This document shows, in pieces, positions 1 to 14,504 of a DNA stretch of 64,000 nucleotides; position 1 is the first letter of the stretch; each line of letters begins with the position of its first letter. This stretch comes from Eledone cirrhosa. Lineage: Eukaryota. Below the pieces are notes generated by a model. It was not told the origin of the DNA, made no database searches, and worked only from the letters and a program-made list of their open reading frames with translations. The position numbers were made by a program, and so were the translations under genes. The DNA is taken from contig OZ024740.1 in NCBI GenBank assembly GCA_964016885.1, positions 158,472,001-158,536,000 on the forward strand, written 5' to 3'.

Positions 1-47
1 TTTGTCCACTATTTATCGTTGTCCCTGGTTAATTTTCGACAATTGCC

Positions 48-828
48 TTGGGCGAGTTTATACGGTCCACCCTACCCAACATAATGCTTCTACCTGCGAC
101 TTCTACTTCATGAGGTAAGGGGGCCGACTAGCTTCACTCATCTGAGAACCGTCGATGGATACGCCTGCAGAACGTGCAGAGAAGCCTGCTTGAGGCGTGG
201 ACTTTTAGAAGATGACGCACAATGGGATGCAACCTTGACAGTTGGCTTCGAAAAACCACATAGTTGGAAACATCAATGAACAGCTCATGCTGTGCTTGCC
301 TGGACACCTGCACGTCTACAAGTCCCTTGACTCTATATCCGGACGAAGTTTTAATTACCCCACAGAATTTCTTAATTCCCTAGACCCTCCTGGATTGCCA
401 CCACACTTACTGCGACTTAAGAAAGGTGCCCCTGTCATGCTCCTCAGAAATTTGGAACTCCGAAGGCTTTCCAACAGCACGCGTCTGGTCGTCCAAAAGG
501 CGATGCCTCATGTTATTGAGGCAACAATACTTACAGGATGTGGTAAGGAGGATACTGTCTTCATACCAAGGATGCCTCTCATTCCATCTGGTAAAGATAT
601 TCCTTTCACATTCAGAAGGCTGCAATTCCCTCTCCGGCTCAGTTTCGCCATGTCAATTAACAAAAATCACAGGGTCAGACGCTGACGGTCGTAGGGCTTA
701 ATTTAGAAGTACTGTGCTTCTCCCATAGTCAACTATATGTTGGCTGCTCTCGAGTGATGAGCGGACATAATTTTGCTTTTGCAGCTCGCGAGAAAGCCCA
801 CAATATAGTCTATAAGGAAGTTTTGTAG
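48..828 (+). pseudogene. Helitron RepHel fragment (PIF1-type helicase C-terminus), frameshifted and internally deleted
   Basis: Frames read GRVYTVHP...VRGPTSFTHLRTVDG..CREAC.RRGLLEDD.QWD, then ORF 242-685 (YPTEFLNSLDPPGLPPH.L.LKKGAPVMLLRNL...FIPRMPLIP...RLQFPLRLSFAMSINK). After a frameshift it continues GQTL.VVGLNL...FSHSQLYVGCSRV...NIVYKEVL* (stop 826-828). Confidence 0.9.
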
Positions 829-982
829 GCACCCCATCCGCCAACAAGTAATCGCTGTTTTTTATTTTATTTATAAGTGCTTATGTTTGCTGTATCAGTG
901 TGCTATTTTTGTCCTTTTAAACATCGTGTGCTCACCCGGGTGACCCTACAGTAACTCCGCGTTACCCTCCTTGGATATATAT

Positions 983-1016
<34 letters not shown>

Positions 1017-1019
1017 GCG

Positions 1020-1099
<80 letters not shown>

Positions 1100-1100
<1 letters not shown>

Positions 1101-1720
1101 CTATACATATAAAGTTGTATTCCTGTCTGTTTGTTTGTTTGTTCACGAACTACTCCTATGGTTTCGGCGATAGATCTCCATAACCATATATATTCTGAAA
1201 CTACATTGCCAACGGGTTCCCCGGGGGCACAACATCCCCGCTGAAAATATTTTCCTTTCGATTTATATGAAATTTAAACCATAGGTAAATGATAAGCTAT
1301 GATGCTTATTCACAAAATTTCAGCAAATTTCAATAATATTAAGACACCCTAATGGGGTTTAAACCCCCTATTAGGGTTCCCCGGGGACATAAAGCCCCGC
1401 TGAAAATGTTTTCCCTTCGATTTATATGAAATTTAAGCCATAGGCAAATGACAAGATATGATGCCTATTCACAAAAGTTTTGAATTGATATTTTGAAAAA
1501 AATTATTTCCAAGAAACAAAATCTGAATAAGATTTAATAATGTGATTTTGACTTGATATATTACAAAAGATAAGGTTTTCCAATTTTTCATGCATTATAT
1601 TTTACATTGAGTAATATTGAAATGCAGAGATTTCTCCATAAATTATATCACTGATTTAAAATCATCATTTTCTTACAAAAAAATGTGTGAAACGCAACAA
1701 GGCGCAGGTAATTCGGCTAG
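1100..1720 (+). mobile_element. Non-autonomous Helitron
   Basis: 5' TC (TCTATACATATAAAG...TGTTTGTTTGTT) after an A; GC-rich 3' end ...GGTAATTCGGCTAG followed by T (A^T insertion); internal ~100-bp duplication at ~1214-1318 and ~1374-1476. Confidence 0.7.
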
Positions 1721-2071
1721 TATACATACATATATGTATACATACATCATGCCTCTAGTTATTGTTGACACACGTAATCAGAGTACAATGCTTTCCCGTT
1801 TTTCAATATCTAACTCAGCCATTTAAGACAACTGAATATGCTTTATTGAGAAGATCTAACGAGAAAGCACTGTCACCTCCGTGGCACTGTCAAAAGTAAA
1901 TTTGAATCAACTGATTTTGTAAGAGTTATCTGCTCCTCTTTGAGTTTTATGTATGAACACCAGTGACGGAGGGTTTTGTCTTCAAATTGAGAAGATAATT
2001 AAATTAGTGAGGCTTTCCCACACTATATTTGGGATGTGAGACTCCACATGGTTATACATATATACATATAC

Positions 2072-2144
<73 letters not shown>

Positions 2145-2161
2145 CTAGGGCGGGTAAAATT

Positions 2162-2210
<49 letters not shown>

Positions 2211-2264
2211 AGTGTGCGTGTGCGTGTACATATATATGTATACATATGTGTGTATGTGTATATA

Positions 2265-2320
<56 letters not shown>

Positions 2321-2819
2321 ATGTATGTATGTGTATGTGTGTGTGTATGTATATATATATATTTCTAGTTGATTATTTAGAGGTATTTTCTCATTAATAA
2401 TTATTACTTTTATCATAGTTGCTGTATTTAAATGTTTACCTTGTGACGTGACTATGTAAGAAATCATTATGTTCTACTTAGGGGAAGGGGGGGGGGGAGA
2501 TCGATAAACCGGTCATTGTTTACTTTCTCTCTCTCTCTCCCTCTTCCTCTCTCACGCTTGCTCTGTATCTGTACATCTATCTAATTATCTCTATATATCC
2601 ATCCAATTATCTCCAGGCATATCTACTTATCTTTCTACCTATCTATCTAGTTATCTCTACACTTATCTATTACTTTACCTATCTATCTACTTTTCCCTGT
2701 TGGTATCTCTGTATCCAATCTATTCATTAATTTGGCTATCTATCCATCTATCTGTGTTCTTCTTTAGATGCATATTTGTCTATCTATCTGTCTCTCTGAC
2801 CATATAAATGTTTGATTGA

Positions 2820-2995
2820 TGCTTCGATTTTCAGGATGAGTATTCAGTTGTTTGATCAACTGAACTGCCTACTCATTGAATTATATTGTAAGTGGCTGAG
2901 TATTTTACTGACACGTTCAGCCTTAATATAATTCCGATACACAATCGAAGTGAATCAATATCTGACGGGGTCATGTATTTGAATTACAGGTACAA
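2820..2995 (-). mobile_element. tRNA-derived SINE family B, decayed body
   Basis: Similar to copies at 7590-7910, 13225-13385, 18365-18645 and 25205-25400 (AAGTGGCTGAG..., TACAGGTAC). Confidence 0.6.
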
Positions 2996-3004
2996 TATAA
3001 ACGA

Positions 3005-3320
3005 CTGAGTGCATTTCGAATTAGCTGGACAGCTCACAGAACAAATGAATCTGTCCTGACAGTTGGTTGAAACAGTAAGGAAAAGGAAACTTAAGTATTT
3101 TTGTCATATCATCAGGGCCCAAAATGTGACTACCCACATCCTTGAGTGACGGATACAGGGATCACAGAAAAGGAGATGGACAGATGATATTAAGGAATGG
3201 TCAGGAAAGAGTTGGGCGGAATTTACAACTTACGGCAATGGCAAAAGACGGGAAATATTGAGAGTACTGGCCCATAAATCCATGACACCCGACCCCCAGA
3301 TATGAGGATGGGATGAGAAG
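3005..3320 (+). mobile_element. RTE-clade LINE 3' fragment
   Basis: Degenerate translation ISWTAHRTNESVL...KYFCHIIRAQN...RRWTDDIKEWSG, typical of an RTE ORF C-terminus. Confidence 0.7.
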
Positions 3321-3568
3321 ATATCCGACGGACCTCCACACAGATTCCGTCTATCCAATTTCACCCCGAACGCTTCGTTTGACCAGTGGTTATAATGAAG
3401 CACTTGCCCATAATGTTAGCAGTGTAATCGAATCCGGAGCCTCATGAATGCTAAGCAAACCGTTTAACTAATCAGTCATATCTCATTCCCTTATAGATGT
3501 ATATTGATCTCAATGCACGAATCTCTAGATGTCTTTATGTAACGTGTGCCTATATTTGTATATGTATG

Positions 3569-4478
<910 letters not shown>

Positions 4479-4482
<4 letters not shown>

Positions 4483-4613
4483 TTTTGATTGGCGGCTGAG
4501 AGAAAGGAGTACTCAATACTGAAGTACAGTTTTAATATTCATTATTAAGGATAAATAGTGTGTCATGTCACTCTGGAGTTTCGCCGAAACACCAGAGTAA
4601 CAAGACACGCTAT
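4479..4613. mobile_element. Short fold-back element adjacent to (TA)n
   Basis: Imperfect palindrome 4555-4613 centred at 4584 (GTTTCG-C-CGAAAC), plus an inverted tail carrying GTACTCAATAC (4509-4519). Confidence 0.55.
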
Positions 4614-4624
4614 TTAGCCTTAAT

Positions 4625-4835
4625 AATAATTTCTGATTTAGGCACAAGGCCAGCAATTTGGGGAGAGGGGGGAAAGTCGATTAAATCGAACCAGTATGTT
4701 ACTGGTACTTTATTTTATCGAGCCCGCAAGGATGAAAGGCAAAGCTAACGTCGGTGGGATTTGAACTCAGAACGTAAAAAGCAGAACAAATACTGCTAAG
4801 AATTTGTCCGATACACTACTAATTCTGCCTATCCC
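4625..4835 (-). mobile_element. tRNA-derived SINE family A
   Basis: Reverse complement of ...CTGAGTTCAAATCCC (B-box)...CTTTGCCTTTCATCC...CGATAAAATAAAGTACCAGT...GGCCTTGTGCCTAAA; about 15 copies in the window. Confidence 0.85.
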
Positions 4836-4854
4836 TCACACTCTTAATAATGAA

Positions 4855-4940
<86 letters not shown>

Positions 4941-4972
4941 CGCGTGCGTGTCTGTCTGTCTGTGTGTTTATA

Positions 4973-5027
4973 TGACTGTCTTGATGATTTCTTACGAATG
5001 AAACAGTACTAGTCCTGTAGAAGTCAT
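4973..5027 (+). ncRNA. Degenerate minimal hammerhead ribozyme
   Basis: ATGACTgTC-TTGATGA-TTTC ttac GAAT-GAAA-CAG tactagtc CTG TA^GAAGTCAT. Core C3 is mutated. The same 3' half recurs at ~12515-12548 and ~16555-16590. Confidence 0.55.
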
Positions 5028-5099
5028 TTCTAGAATAAAATGTGTGTGTGTGTGTGTGTGCGTGCTTGGGCATCGTACAGGGTGTGGTTGTTTTGGGTC

Positions 5100-6200
5100 A
5101 GCTATCTAATAATTAATTAAACCAAAATCTTCGTAATTATTTATTTTTTACCAAAGGTCATAGATGTCTAAATGATTTCACACTATTTCAAAAATGCTTT
5201 ACATGCTTTCCAATGATATGCCTGGAAAAAATATTTTGTTCTGATTTGTTGCTGAATCGCATTAAGACCTGATATCTTGTGGCGTGTTTGTTCTGATATG
5301 TATCTTTATAAATTTACTGCTTAGGATGTTGTTACAGGCATTATGAGAAAAATCCTGAGTGATGCCCAAAGGCATGGAGCGACGCTTTCCTGCTTATGTA
5401 GAATATTTTGTTGAGTAAATTCATTGGTATAAATTGTACTTCACCAATGTTGCCATAGTGGGTCAAAGTTTTCCTGTTTATTAAGTTCTTTGCCATCTAT
5501 ACCAGTATTGTATTTTTCTGCAACTTACAAGTTGTTTGCGATGTAAAGATTTTCCGATATAGTTAGATATTGCTAGAGGATTGAAAAAAAGTATCAAACG
5601 TTTTCTTTGCATCTTCAATTCTTCTTGATAGACAGTAAATTGGCAATGGCATTTAGAAAAGATAACTGATGTCTGAAATAATGATTCTATATGTATCAGG
5701 TTTTTTGGCTTAGTTTTCATCATATGACTGGTTCTTATAAAAAAAAATGCCTTAAGTTTCCTCTCATTTTCTTGCTATTTAATTTTAATTTGAAAATTTT
5801 TAGCGATATGCTTTGATTCTATCAACTGAGTGTCTAATTAACCCTGCAATTTCTGCAAATTTTACATGACCATATCAATGTTTCTCACTTAAGTAGCAAC
5901 AATAACATCTCTTACCTGTAAATATCATGTTGCCAAAAGTTTGGACCAGTTTGGACATGAGTATGCATCTAAAAGAGGACATGCATTTAATAGCTTCTGT
6001 TATTTCACTTCTGTGTTCAGCACCAGATTAAATTTCAGAATTTCCTACAGCGCCAATTTAAGATTTGAGGGAGATAATTTCACACTATCGATTCTGGGTG
6101 ATAACCGGTTAGTTGACATTCAATACAATGATTGACAGAAAAATTTGTCGTCTTTATTTTACCGGAAGAAAAACATATATTTTTCAATATTTTCTAAAAC
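5100..6200 (-). pseudogene. Decayed hAT transposase
   Basis: Minus strand ~5310-5390 reads APCLWASLRIFLIMPVTTS*, resembling the hAT C-terminal dimerisation motif; the rest is broken by stops. Confidence 0.5.
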
Positions 6201-6302
6201 GGTAACAACACCCTCTAGAATATCTGCCCCACAAATTCAAGGTATGCCATCCTTCTGGTTAGATAATAACGAGAGGATTTTGATTAAGTAATATCTTTTG
6301 TG

Positions 6303-6511
6303 TGGAGGCGCGTGGCCTAGTGGTAAGGGTATTGGACTTGCGGTCATAATGTCGTGGGTTAGATTCCTGGGCTGTAAATGAGTACCAGCAATAGCTGGGT
6401 GTTTAACCCTGCGATGGGTTGGCGTCCTGTCCAGAGGGGACCCACGCCATGTAACCGGGCTAAGCACCGGCCTATCGAGCCTTCTCTCTTAAGACAGACT
6501 TAGATTTAGAG
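6303..6511 (+). mobile_element. tRNA-derived SINE with V-domain-like body
   Basis: A-box TGGCCTAGTGG, degenerate B-box, CCCTGCGATGGGTTGGCGTCCTGTCCAG; 13-bp TSD AATATCTTTTGTG at 6290-6302 and 6512-6524. Confidence 0.8.
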
Positions 6512-6806
6512 AATATCTTTTGTGCATGACTGCCATATCCTTGACCCCTGCACTCTTCATAGAGAATGTCATTTCTACTCAATGTTTCTTTGTTCAGGTT
6601 TGCAATGCCAGAGCCTGTTTTCTTACATCCGTCTTCAAAAGATAGAAATCACACTTGAATCTTAAACTCACAATCTATACTTTAAAGGTAACGTATGATG
6701 AATATTGCTTTTTGAATTAGGCACAATGGGGGATGGGAAAGTCGACTAAATCGACCCCAGTTCATTACTGGTACTTTATTTTATTGACCCCCGTAAGGAT
6801 GAAAAG

Positions 6807-7410
6807 AAAAACTCAGATCGTAAAGAGCAGTAACTCTGTGCCATAAAGCTGTCTGTTCGACATGTGTGAAAACAGGTGTCGCGCAGTAACTATCGCTGAA
6901 TAATATTTGTCTGTGTTCAGTTGAGAATGTTTTTTTCTCCAAAATACGATAAGGAAATTAATTCAATTTGTGATTCAGTTGACAAACTATGCGGTTTTAT
7001 CTATTTATTACACGTAAATATTTTCTAATTTTCTCAGAAGAGACGTGTAATTTTTTTTTAATTACTAAACGATTTCAGATTTTTATGTAAGATATTTTGT
7101 AAGTCATTGGAACATTTGAAAACACAACAAAAACAAAAGAAATATTAAATTCTGATCAGGCCATGTTCCACTGCCATGTTCTACTGTGGTCGTTTTCGCA
7201 TTCTGAACCCATTTTTATTATTCGTAAATTCTTCAATGCATTCCCTTCTCAATGAAGTTCGCCTTCTATCGCCTGTGTTTTATGAAATATTCCTCGACAG
7301 AACACAGACAAATATTATTCAGTGATAGTTACTGCGCGACAACTGTTTTCACACATCTCGAACAGACAGCTTTATGGCACAAAGTTACGGTCCAATACGA
7401 TCTGAGTTTT
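6807..7410. repeat. ~110-bp inverted repeats around a ~380-bp spacer (MITE/fold-back-like)
   Basis: 6807-6918 is the reverse complement of 7300-7410 with few mismatches; no clear TSD. Confidence 0.75.
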
Positions 7411-7589
7411 AATATATAGTCCGTGTGGAAGAATCAAGATCCTCTTTGCTGAGTATAATAGCGTTTGGACGTATGTATCTGCACCCTCACTTACATACAC
7501 ACACACCCTTCTCATATACCGGAATGCTGAAAAGTTCCTGGCTTTGAATAAAAGAAAATGCAGGAGGATTAGTTAATTATGATTGTTAG

Positions 7590-7910
7590 ACCGCCATCGT
7601 TTTCGACAATGAGTGTTTCAGTTGTTGGAACAACGAATCAGCCTGCTCTTGAAATTATCATATTAGTGGCCAAGCGTTGCAGATACATGTCCACTCTGAA
7701 CGTAGTTCCCAGAGAGATGCATCATGACACAGTGTGTGACAAGGCTGGCACTTCGAAATACAGGTACAACTCATTTTTACCAGCTGAGCAGACTGCAACA
7801 TCATAAAATAAAGTGTCTTGTTGAAACATACAAGGTGCCGCCTGGAATGGCATTTACTACCTTACGATCGTTAGCTGAACACCTCTAACCACCAAGTTAG
7901 ACATCTCCAC
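7590..7910 (-). mobile_element. SINE family B
   Basis: ...GACAAGGCTGGC...TACAGGTACAACTCATTTTT.CCAGCTGAG...AAATAAAGTGTCTTG..., with a tRNA-like head near 7900. Confidence 0.7.
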
Positions 7911-7974
7911 TTCTAGCCACAATACTCTATAACACACATGACAACCATATAAACACATATATATTGACTGACAC

Positions 7975-8199
7975 GCATCCCCCCCCCTCCCCACACACAC
8001 ACTCACTCTCTCTCTCTCACACACATATACACATACACACTCTCTCTCTCACACACATATACACTCACTCTCTCTCACACACACGCATATACATACACAC
8101 TCATTCTCTCTCACACACACACACATACACACTCACTCTCTCTCTCACACACACACATACACGCTACTCTCTCTCACACACACATATACACATACACAC

Positions 8200-8295
<96 letters not shown>

Positions 8296-8387
8296 ACTCT
8301 CTCTCACACACATATACACATACACACTCACTCTCTCTCTCTCACACACACACATACGTACTCACTCTCTCTCACACACACATACAC

Positions 8388-8429
<42 letters not shown>

Positions 8430-8922
8430 ACACATACACACATACACACTCACTCTCTCTCACACACACACACATACATACTCACTCTCTCTCACACACA
8501 CATACACACACACTCTCTCGCTCTCTCACATACACACTCACTCTCTCTCACACAAACATACACACACTCTCTCTCTCTCACACACACACACACAGTCTCT
8601 GTCTCTCACACACACACACCCTCTCTCTCTCTCTCACACACACACATACACACTCACTCTCTCACCCAAACATACACACACTCTCTCTCTCTCGCTCTCG
8701 CTCTCTCTCTCTCTCTCATACACACACACACACACTCACTCTCTCTCACACACACACACACATACACTCTCTCTCTCTCTCACACATACGTACACACTCA
8801 CTCTCTCTCACACACACATACACACACTCACTCACTCTCTCTGACACACACATACACACACTCACTCACTCTCTCTGACACACACATACGCACTCTCTCT
8901 CACACACACATACACACTCACA

Positions 8923-8970
<48 letters not shown>
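7975..8970. repeat. Compound (CA)/(CT) microsatellite
   Basis: About 1 kb of alternating CACA/CTCT tracts. Confidence 0.95.
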
Positions 8971-9199
8971 GGAATGGATCAGGCATTGGAGGGAGAATGA
9001 GGAGAGAGAAAGAACAAAAAGGGGGAATGAAATAACAGGAAACAAGAGGAACTTAAAGAAGGGAAGGGCCATAGAGAGTCTATTGATGACTGTTAAGTCT
9101 ACCGTTCCAAATGTTAGTCTGGTTTGCAAAGCAAGCCCCATGCTACTGCGTACATGGATTAGAGATGAGCCTGTAAAGTATACACATTATATAGCCTTT

Positions 9200-9598
9200 T
9201 TAAGGCCAGCGATTACACCAATGCATTACTGGTACTTTATTTTATCGACCCTGTGAGGATGAAAGGCAAAGTTAACCTAGGCGGATTTGAACTCAGGCCC
9301 TTTTCGCCGAGGTTAACTTTGTCTTTCATCCTTACGGGGTCGATAAAATAAAGTACCAGTAATGCACTGGGGTATTCGCTGGCCTTGTGCTAAAAATAGA
9401 AACTAAGGGGTGGTGGATTGGCAGTATCGGTAGAGCGTCGAACAACATGCTTTGCAGCATAGTTACGGTCCTTTACGGTTTGAGTTCAAATTCCGCCGAG
9501 GTTAACTTTGCTTTCATCTTTACGCGGACGGGGTCGATAAAATAAAGTACCAGTAATGCACTGGGATAATTGCTGACCTTGTGCCAAAAGTAGAAACA
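9200..9598 (+). mobile_element. Composite SINE A insertion (inverted piece plus two tandem copies)
   Basis: Minus-strand piece ~9203-9296, plus-strand partial ~9304-9405 and full copy ~9410-9598; flanked by ATTATATAG(C/T)CTTT at 9186-9199 and 9599-9612. Confidence 0.75.
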
Positions 9599-9679
9599 AT
9601 TATATAGTCTTTGCTTGACCTTTGGTTTTCTGTCTCATTTTTCTCGTTGTACTATGTATTTTATACTTCTACCTGCCTA

Positions 9680-10090
9680 GATAATAGTTTCTAATTTTGG
9701 CATAGGGCTTGCAGTTTTTCAAGAGACTAGGCAAAGTGACTATATTGACCTCAGTACTTGAATGGTACTTTATTTTATCGACCTCGGAAGGATAAAAGGC
9801 AAAGTTGGCCTCGGTGGGATTTGAACACAAAGCATAAAGCGCCAAAATAAATATTGCTACTCATTGGTCCAACGATTTCTAATTTAGGCTTTAGGCCACA
9901 AATTTGTAGGTGGAGGAAAAGTTGATTACAATGACCTCAGTATGTGACAGGTACTTTATTTTGTTGATCTCAGAAGGATGAAAGGCAATGTAGACCCTCG
10001 GTGGGATATGAACTCAGAACCTAAAGACCCGGAAGAGATAGTGCTATGCATTTATTCGATGCACTAACGACTCTACCAATCCACCGCCCT
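9680..10090 (-). mobile_element. Two tandem SINE A copies
   Basis: GGTACTTTATTTT.T.GA.CTC.GAAGGAT.AAAGGCAA...GAAC.CA occurs twice. Confidence 0.75.
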
Positions 10091-10191
10091 TACCTGTCTA
10101 GATAATGGAAGCCTTGCTCGATACTATCACTAAGCTGCTTAGTTTATGAACATAGGCGAAAGCTTGCGTTAAGATCAGTGGTATATTGAAC

Positions 10192-10279
<88 letters not shown>

Positions 10280-10929
10280 CATTCATTGATTCTGAAATCA
10301 ATCTAGGCAATTTCGTTTCATCGTGAATCTGCTTTGTAACGGCTCTAATTTTGGAGCTACCAGTAAATCTACGAGCTATCGGTGTAGAAGAACTGACAAT
10401 ACTGTTCCAATACATATTCGCTTCCTCAATTCAATCCCTGTATTGACTCAGTAATCAATTCTGTAAGCAGCGAATTTGCAGAATCTTTAGAATGTCGGAT
10501 AGAATTCTTCGTCGTATTCTCACTGCGTTCCGAGTTCAAATCCCGTCGAGGACACATTTGACTTTCATCCTTTCCACGTTGATAAAGTACCAATTCAATA
10601 CTGGGTCGATTCTTCTCTCTCTGGAAGAAATCGGCTGTGTTCCTACTTGGAGATGTCCAAGGCATGTCTTGAATCAGGACGGTGCCTCTGTCACTCCATC
10701 AAAAGTTAAGGGGCCTATAGGCACAGCCAATGAGTGACCTATTATTTTTACGTCAAAATTGGTTACAAATTTCCCTTCCAGTATTGGGTTTACCTCCTGC
10801 CTAAAATTACTTCGTCGAAAATGATTTTCCTTGTTATTAATATGTTTGACTTTAATGCTTGTGATATGTAGGTTCGTATGAACCCGTAATTTCTGACGCA
10901 ATCGTAGAAGTGCTGTAGTGACATACAAC

Positions 10930-11127
10930 CAGTGCCAGATTTAGGACAAATGAGGCCTTGTGCTAGTTAACTTATGAGGCCCTTGGACTCTAAAGGGGGT
11001 TGACTCGGTAAAACATTTGAAAAATTCATTGTAAAATTTTTTTTTTTACGGGAAGATGCTTCCCCTTCCCTGGCCAACGAGGCCCTATGCTTAAACATAC
11101 CTAAGCACGATGGTAAATACGGTACTG
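10930..11127. mobile_element. hAT-type MITE
   Basis: TIRs CAGTGCCAGATTTA / TAAATACGGTACTG; 8-bp TSD CATACAAC / CATACAGC; same family as 43544-43699. Confidence 0.8.
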
Positions 11128-11556
11128 CATACAGCGTATCTTGAGCATTTTAAAACCATGGTGGAACCCATCCCGCTTCCAGAAGTGAACACTGCAGGTT
11201 TCTTCTAGAGAAAGAGAAAGAAGTTAATAAAGAGGAAGTGAGAAAGAAATATATAGGAAAAACCTAGTACTGGATTGGCCACACGGGTTTTGAACTCAGA
11301 ACGCAATACTTGGTGATAATGCTGATGAAATCAAGACAGGTAGAACGCAATACTTGGTGATAATGCTGATGAAATCAACACAGGTATCGCTATCCACATT
11401 GATGTTTTCTGCCTTTTAAAATTCAACCCAATCTGGCAACCTGAAGAATTGCGTGCTATCAAATAAATTGCTATTAATTGTGTGTTGCTTTCACCCGAAC
11501 AGATAACACGCATACACAGGCACACATATATTGACACACGCGCACACACACACACA

Positions 11557-11652
<96 letters not shown>

Positions 11653-11775
11653 CATATTTGTTGTGGGTATCTGTATTTATATATATATATGTAAGTATGT
11701 CTGTGTATCTGTGTATGTGAAGGTTTGATTGTATATATATATATATATATATATATACAAACCTTCACATACACA

Positions 11776-11854
<79 letters not shown>

Positions 11855-12157
11855 GTATTTATATATAAATACAAACATGTACATTCACACAGACACACAT
11901 ACACACACACACATATGCATATTTGTATGTGTGTACCTGTATTTATATATATTTATGTATGGTTGTGTATCTGTGTATGTGAAGCTTTGTATATATATAT
12001 ATATATATATATATACATTTATATATAAATACAAACACACACACACACGCATTCATATATATGTATATATATATATAGATAGATATAGATATATTATCAC
12101 AGAGTACACCCCCATATATATATATATATATAGTAACACAGAGAACACACACACACT

Positions 12158-12195
<38 letters not shown>

Positions 12196-12307
12196 TTCTA
12201 TTCATCTTTGCCAATAATCATACCTACACACATATTGCGGTAGTTAATCAGTTTTTATAGGCTGTTATGAACATCAAAGTGTTTTATCTCACACCTGTAA
12301 CTTGTTG

Positions 12308-12398
<91 letters not shown>

Positions 12399-12403
<5 letters not shown>

Positions 12404-12544
12404 TTATTCCGGGTTGAATCGGAGGTAACCACAGTAAGTAAGGTACTCAATACATAGCAGAGTATAAAAGTGTTAATATAGAAGAGCTTCTACAGGACTA
12501 GATGTTTTCTCACGAATGAAACAGTTCTGGTCCTGTAGAAGCTC

Positions 12545-12550
<6 letters not shown>
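12399..12550. mobile_element. Fold-back HHR-derived element in (TA)n
   Basis: Inverted repeat 12476-12550 centred ~12514. The right arm is an HHR 3' half (GAAT-GAAA-CAG...CTGTA^GAAGCTC); the left tail carries GTACTCAATAC. Confidence 0.7.
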
Positions 12551-12634
<84 letters not shown>

Positions 12635-12936
12635 ATATGTATATATGTATAAAAATAAATATATATATATATATATATGTGTGTGTATGTATATGTATAT
12701 ACGTATATATATATGTACATACGTTTCTATGTATGTATGTATATACGTATGTATGTTTGTATGTATGTATGAATTTATTTATATATGTATGCATGTATGT
12801 ATGCATGCATGTATTTATATGCATATAAGTATATGAGTATGTACATATGCATGTTGTGCATACATATATATATATATATACACATACACACATACATAGA
12901 TATATTTACATAGTATTTATAAATACATGTATCTAT

Positions 12937-13021
<85 letters not shown>

Positions 13022-13060
13022 CATAAATACACACGCATATAGATACTATGTAAATATATA

Positions 13061-13101
<41 letters not shown>

Positions 13102-13464
13102 CCACACACACATACACACATACATACATACATACATACATACATACATACATACATACATACATACATACATACATACATACATACATACATACATACA
13201 TGTGTGTATGTGTGTGTAATCATATTCAGCTTCCAAAAAATTATCGTACCCGTAATTCAAAATGCCAGCCTTGTCACGCTGAATCACCCTGAGGACTACG
13301 TTAAGGATACTCGTGTCTGTGAAATTACACGTTAATTCCAGGAACAGATTATCCCGTTGTTCCAGCCACTGGAACACTCATTGTCGCAATGCACACACAT
13401 ATGAACATTCAATCTATAAACATACACATGAAGGTCTAACATACACACATACACATGAAGCTTG

Positions 13465-13542
<78 letters not shown>

Positions 13543-13652
13543 TATATATATATATATATATGTATACATTTACATATATATATATATGTATATATGTACA
13601 TATATATATATATATATATATAAGATCAAAAGATGGTTAAAAGAGTTCCATG

Positions 13653-13723
13653 TATTTTATTATGCGCATTTCAAAAACAAATATCATCATGCAATAATAT
13701 TTGTGTTTTCATCAGATAAAATA
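13653..13723 (-). ncRNA. Minimal type I hammerhead ribozyme (intact core)
   Basis: Minus strand: stem I TATTTTAT, CTGATGA, stem II AAACACAAATATTAT/ATGATATTTGTTTTT, GAAA, palindromic stem III ATGCGCAT, cleavage AUA, then ATAAAATA; element flanked by (TA)n. Confidence 0.85.
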
Positions 13724-13776
13724 AGAAGACATGATATGAAGGTTAAAAAACACTTGTGAATAGTGCAGTTTTAAAT

Positions 13777-13833
<57 letters not shown>

Positions 13834-13840
<7 letters not shown>

Positions 13841-14009
13841 CAATATGTTCAAGGTAACACACCAGATTTGAACAAGGTAACACACCAGAGAGAGATCGTG
13901 TGCCATCAATAAAACAGGGAAAACCACCAGTGTATGGAACTTTTCCCTGCTTTATTGATGGCACACTATCCTTCTCTAGTGTGTTACCTTTTCAACATAT
14001 TGTATTTTA
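13834..14009. repeat. Imperfect ~175-bp palindrome starting at a (TA)n tract
   Basis: TAAAATACAATATGTT...GTGTGCCATCAATAAAACAGGGAAAA pairs with TTTTCCCTGCTTTATTGATGGCACAC...AACATATTGTATTTTA. Confidence 0.75.
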
Positions 14010-14215
14010 AAGAGCTCAGGATTCATTTTACTCTGAGTACATTATTGACAAGGAATAACGAGAGTCTGTATGTTATTTTTTCCAAGACAAAAATCTTGCG
14101 TACAATATATATATATATATATATATATAAGAAAGTTAGTCCTATATATTGCTCTGATTGTTGATTATTTAATTAATTAATTCTTCATTAAGCCACACCG
14201 TGAATGGTTGCCAAA

Positions 14216-14271
<56 letters not shown>

Positions 14272-14300
14272 TCTGTCTAGTTTATGTATATGTAAACCTC

Positions 14301-14339
<39 letters not shown>

Positions 14340-14344
14340 CACAC

Positions 14345-14400
<56 letters not shown>

Positions 14401-14441
14401 CGATATTAACAAATGGAAACTATATTTATAAAACCATATTT

Positions 14442-14504
14442 ATTTCATTATACATATTTCAAGGACACCAAGTTAAATTATGGTGTGCTTTCATCAGACA
14501 AAAT
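14442..14504 (-). ncRNA. Hammerhead ribozyme, family F1 element (14399-14630)
   Basis: ATTTTGT-CTGATGA-AAGcACACCA-loop-TGGTGTcCTT-GAAA-TATGTAT A^ATGAAAT. Confidence 0.8.

Noticed and set aside
242-685. Host PIF1 helicase gene
   Set aside because: Intronless, frameshifted and fused to Helitron-specific upstream motifs.
6303-6375. tRNA gene
   Set aside because: A/B boxes are present but there is no cloverleaf; it is a SINE head with body and TSD.
11298-11378. CTGATGAAA inside a 37-bp direct repeat as a hammerhead
   Set aside because: No stem II or downstream GAAA/stem III.
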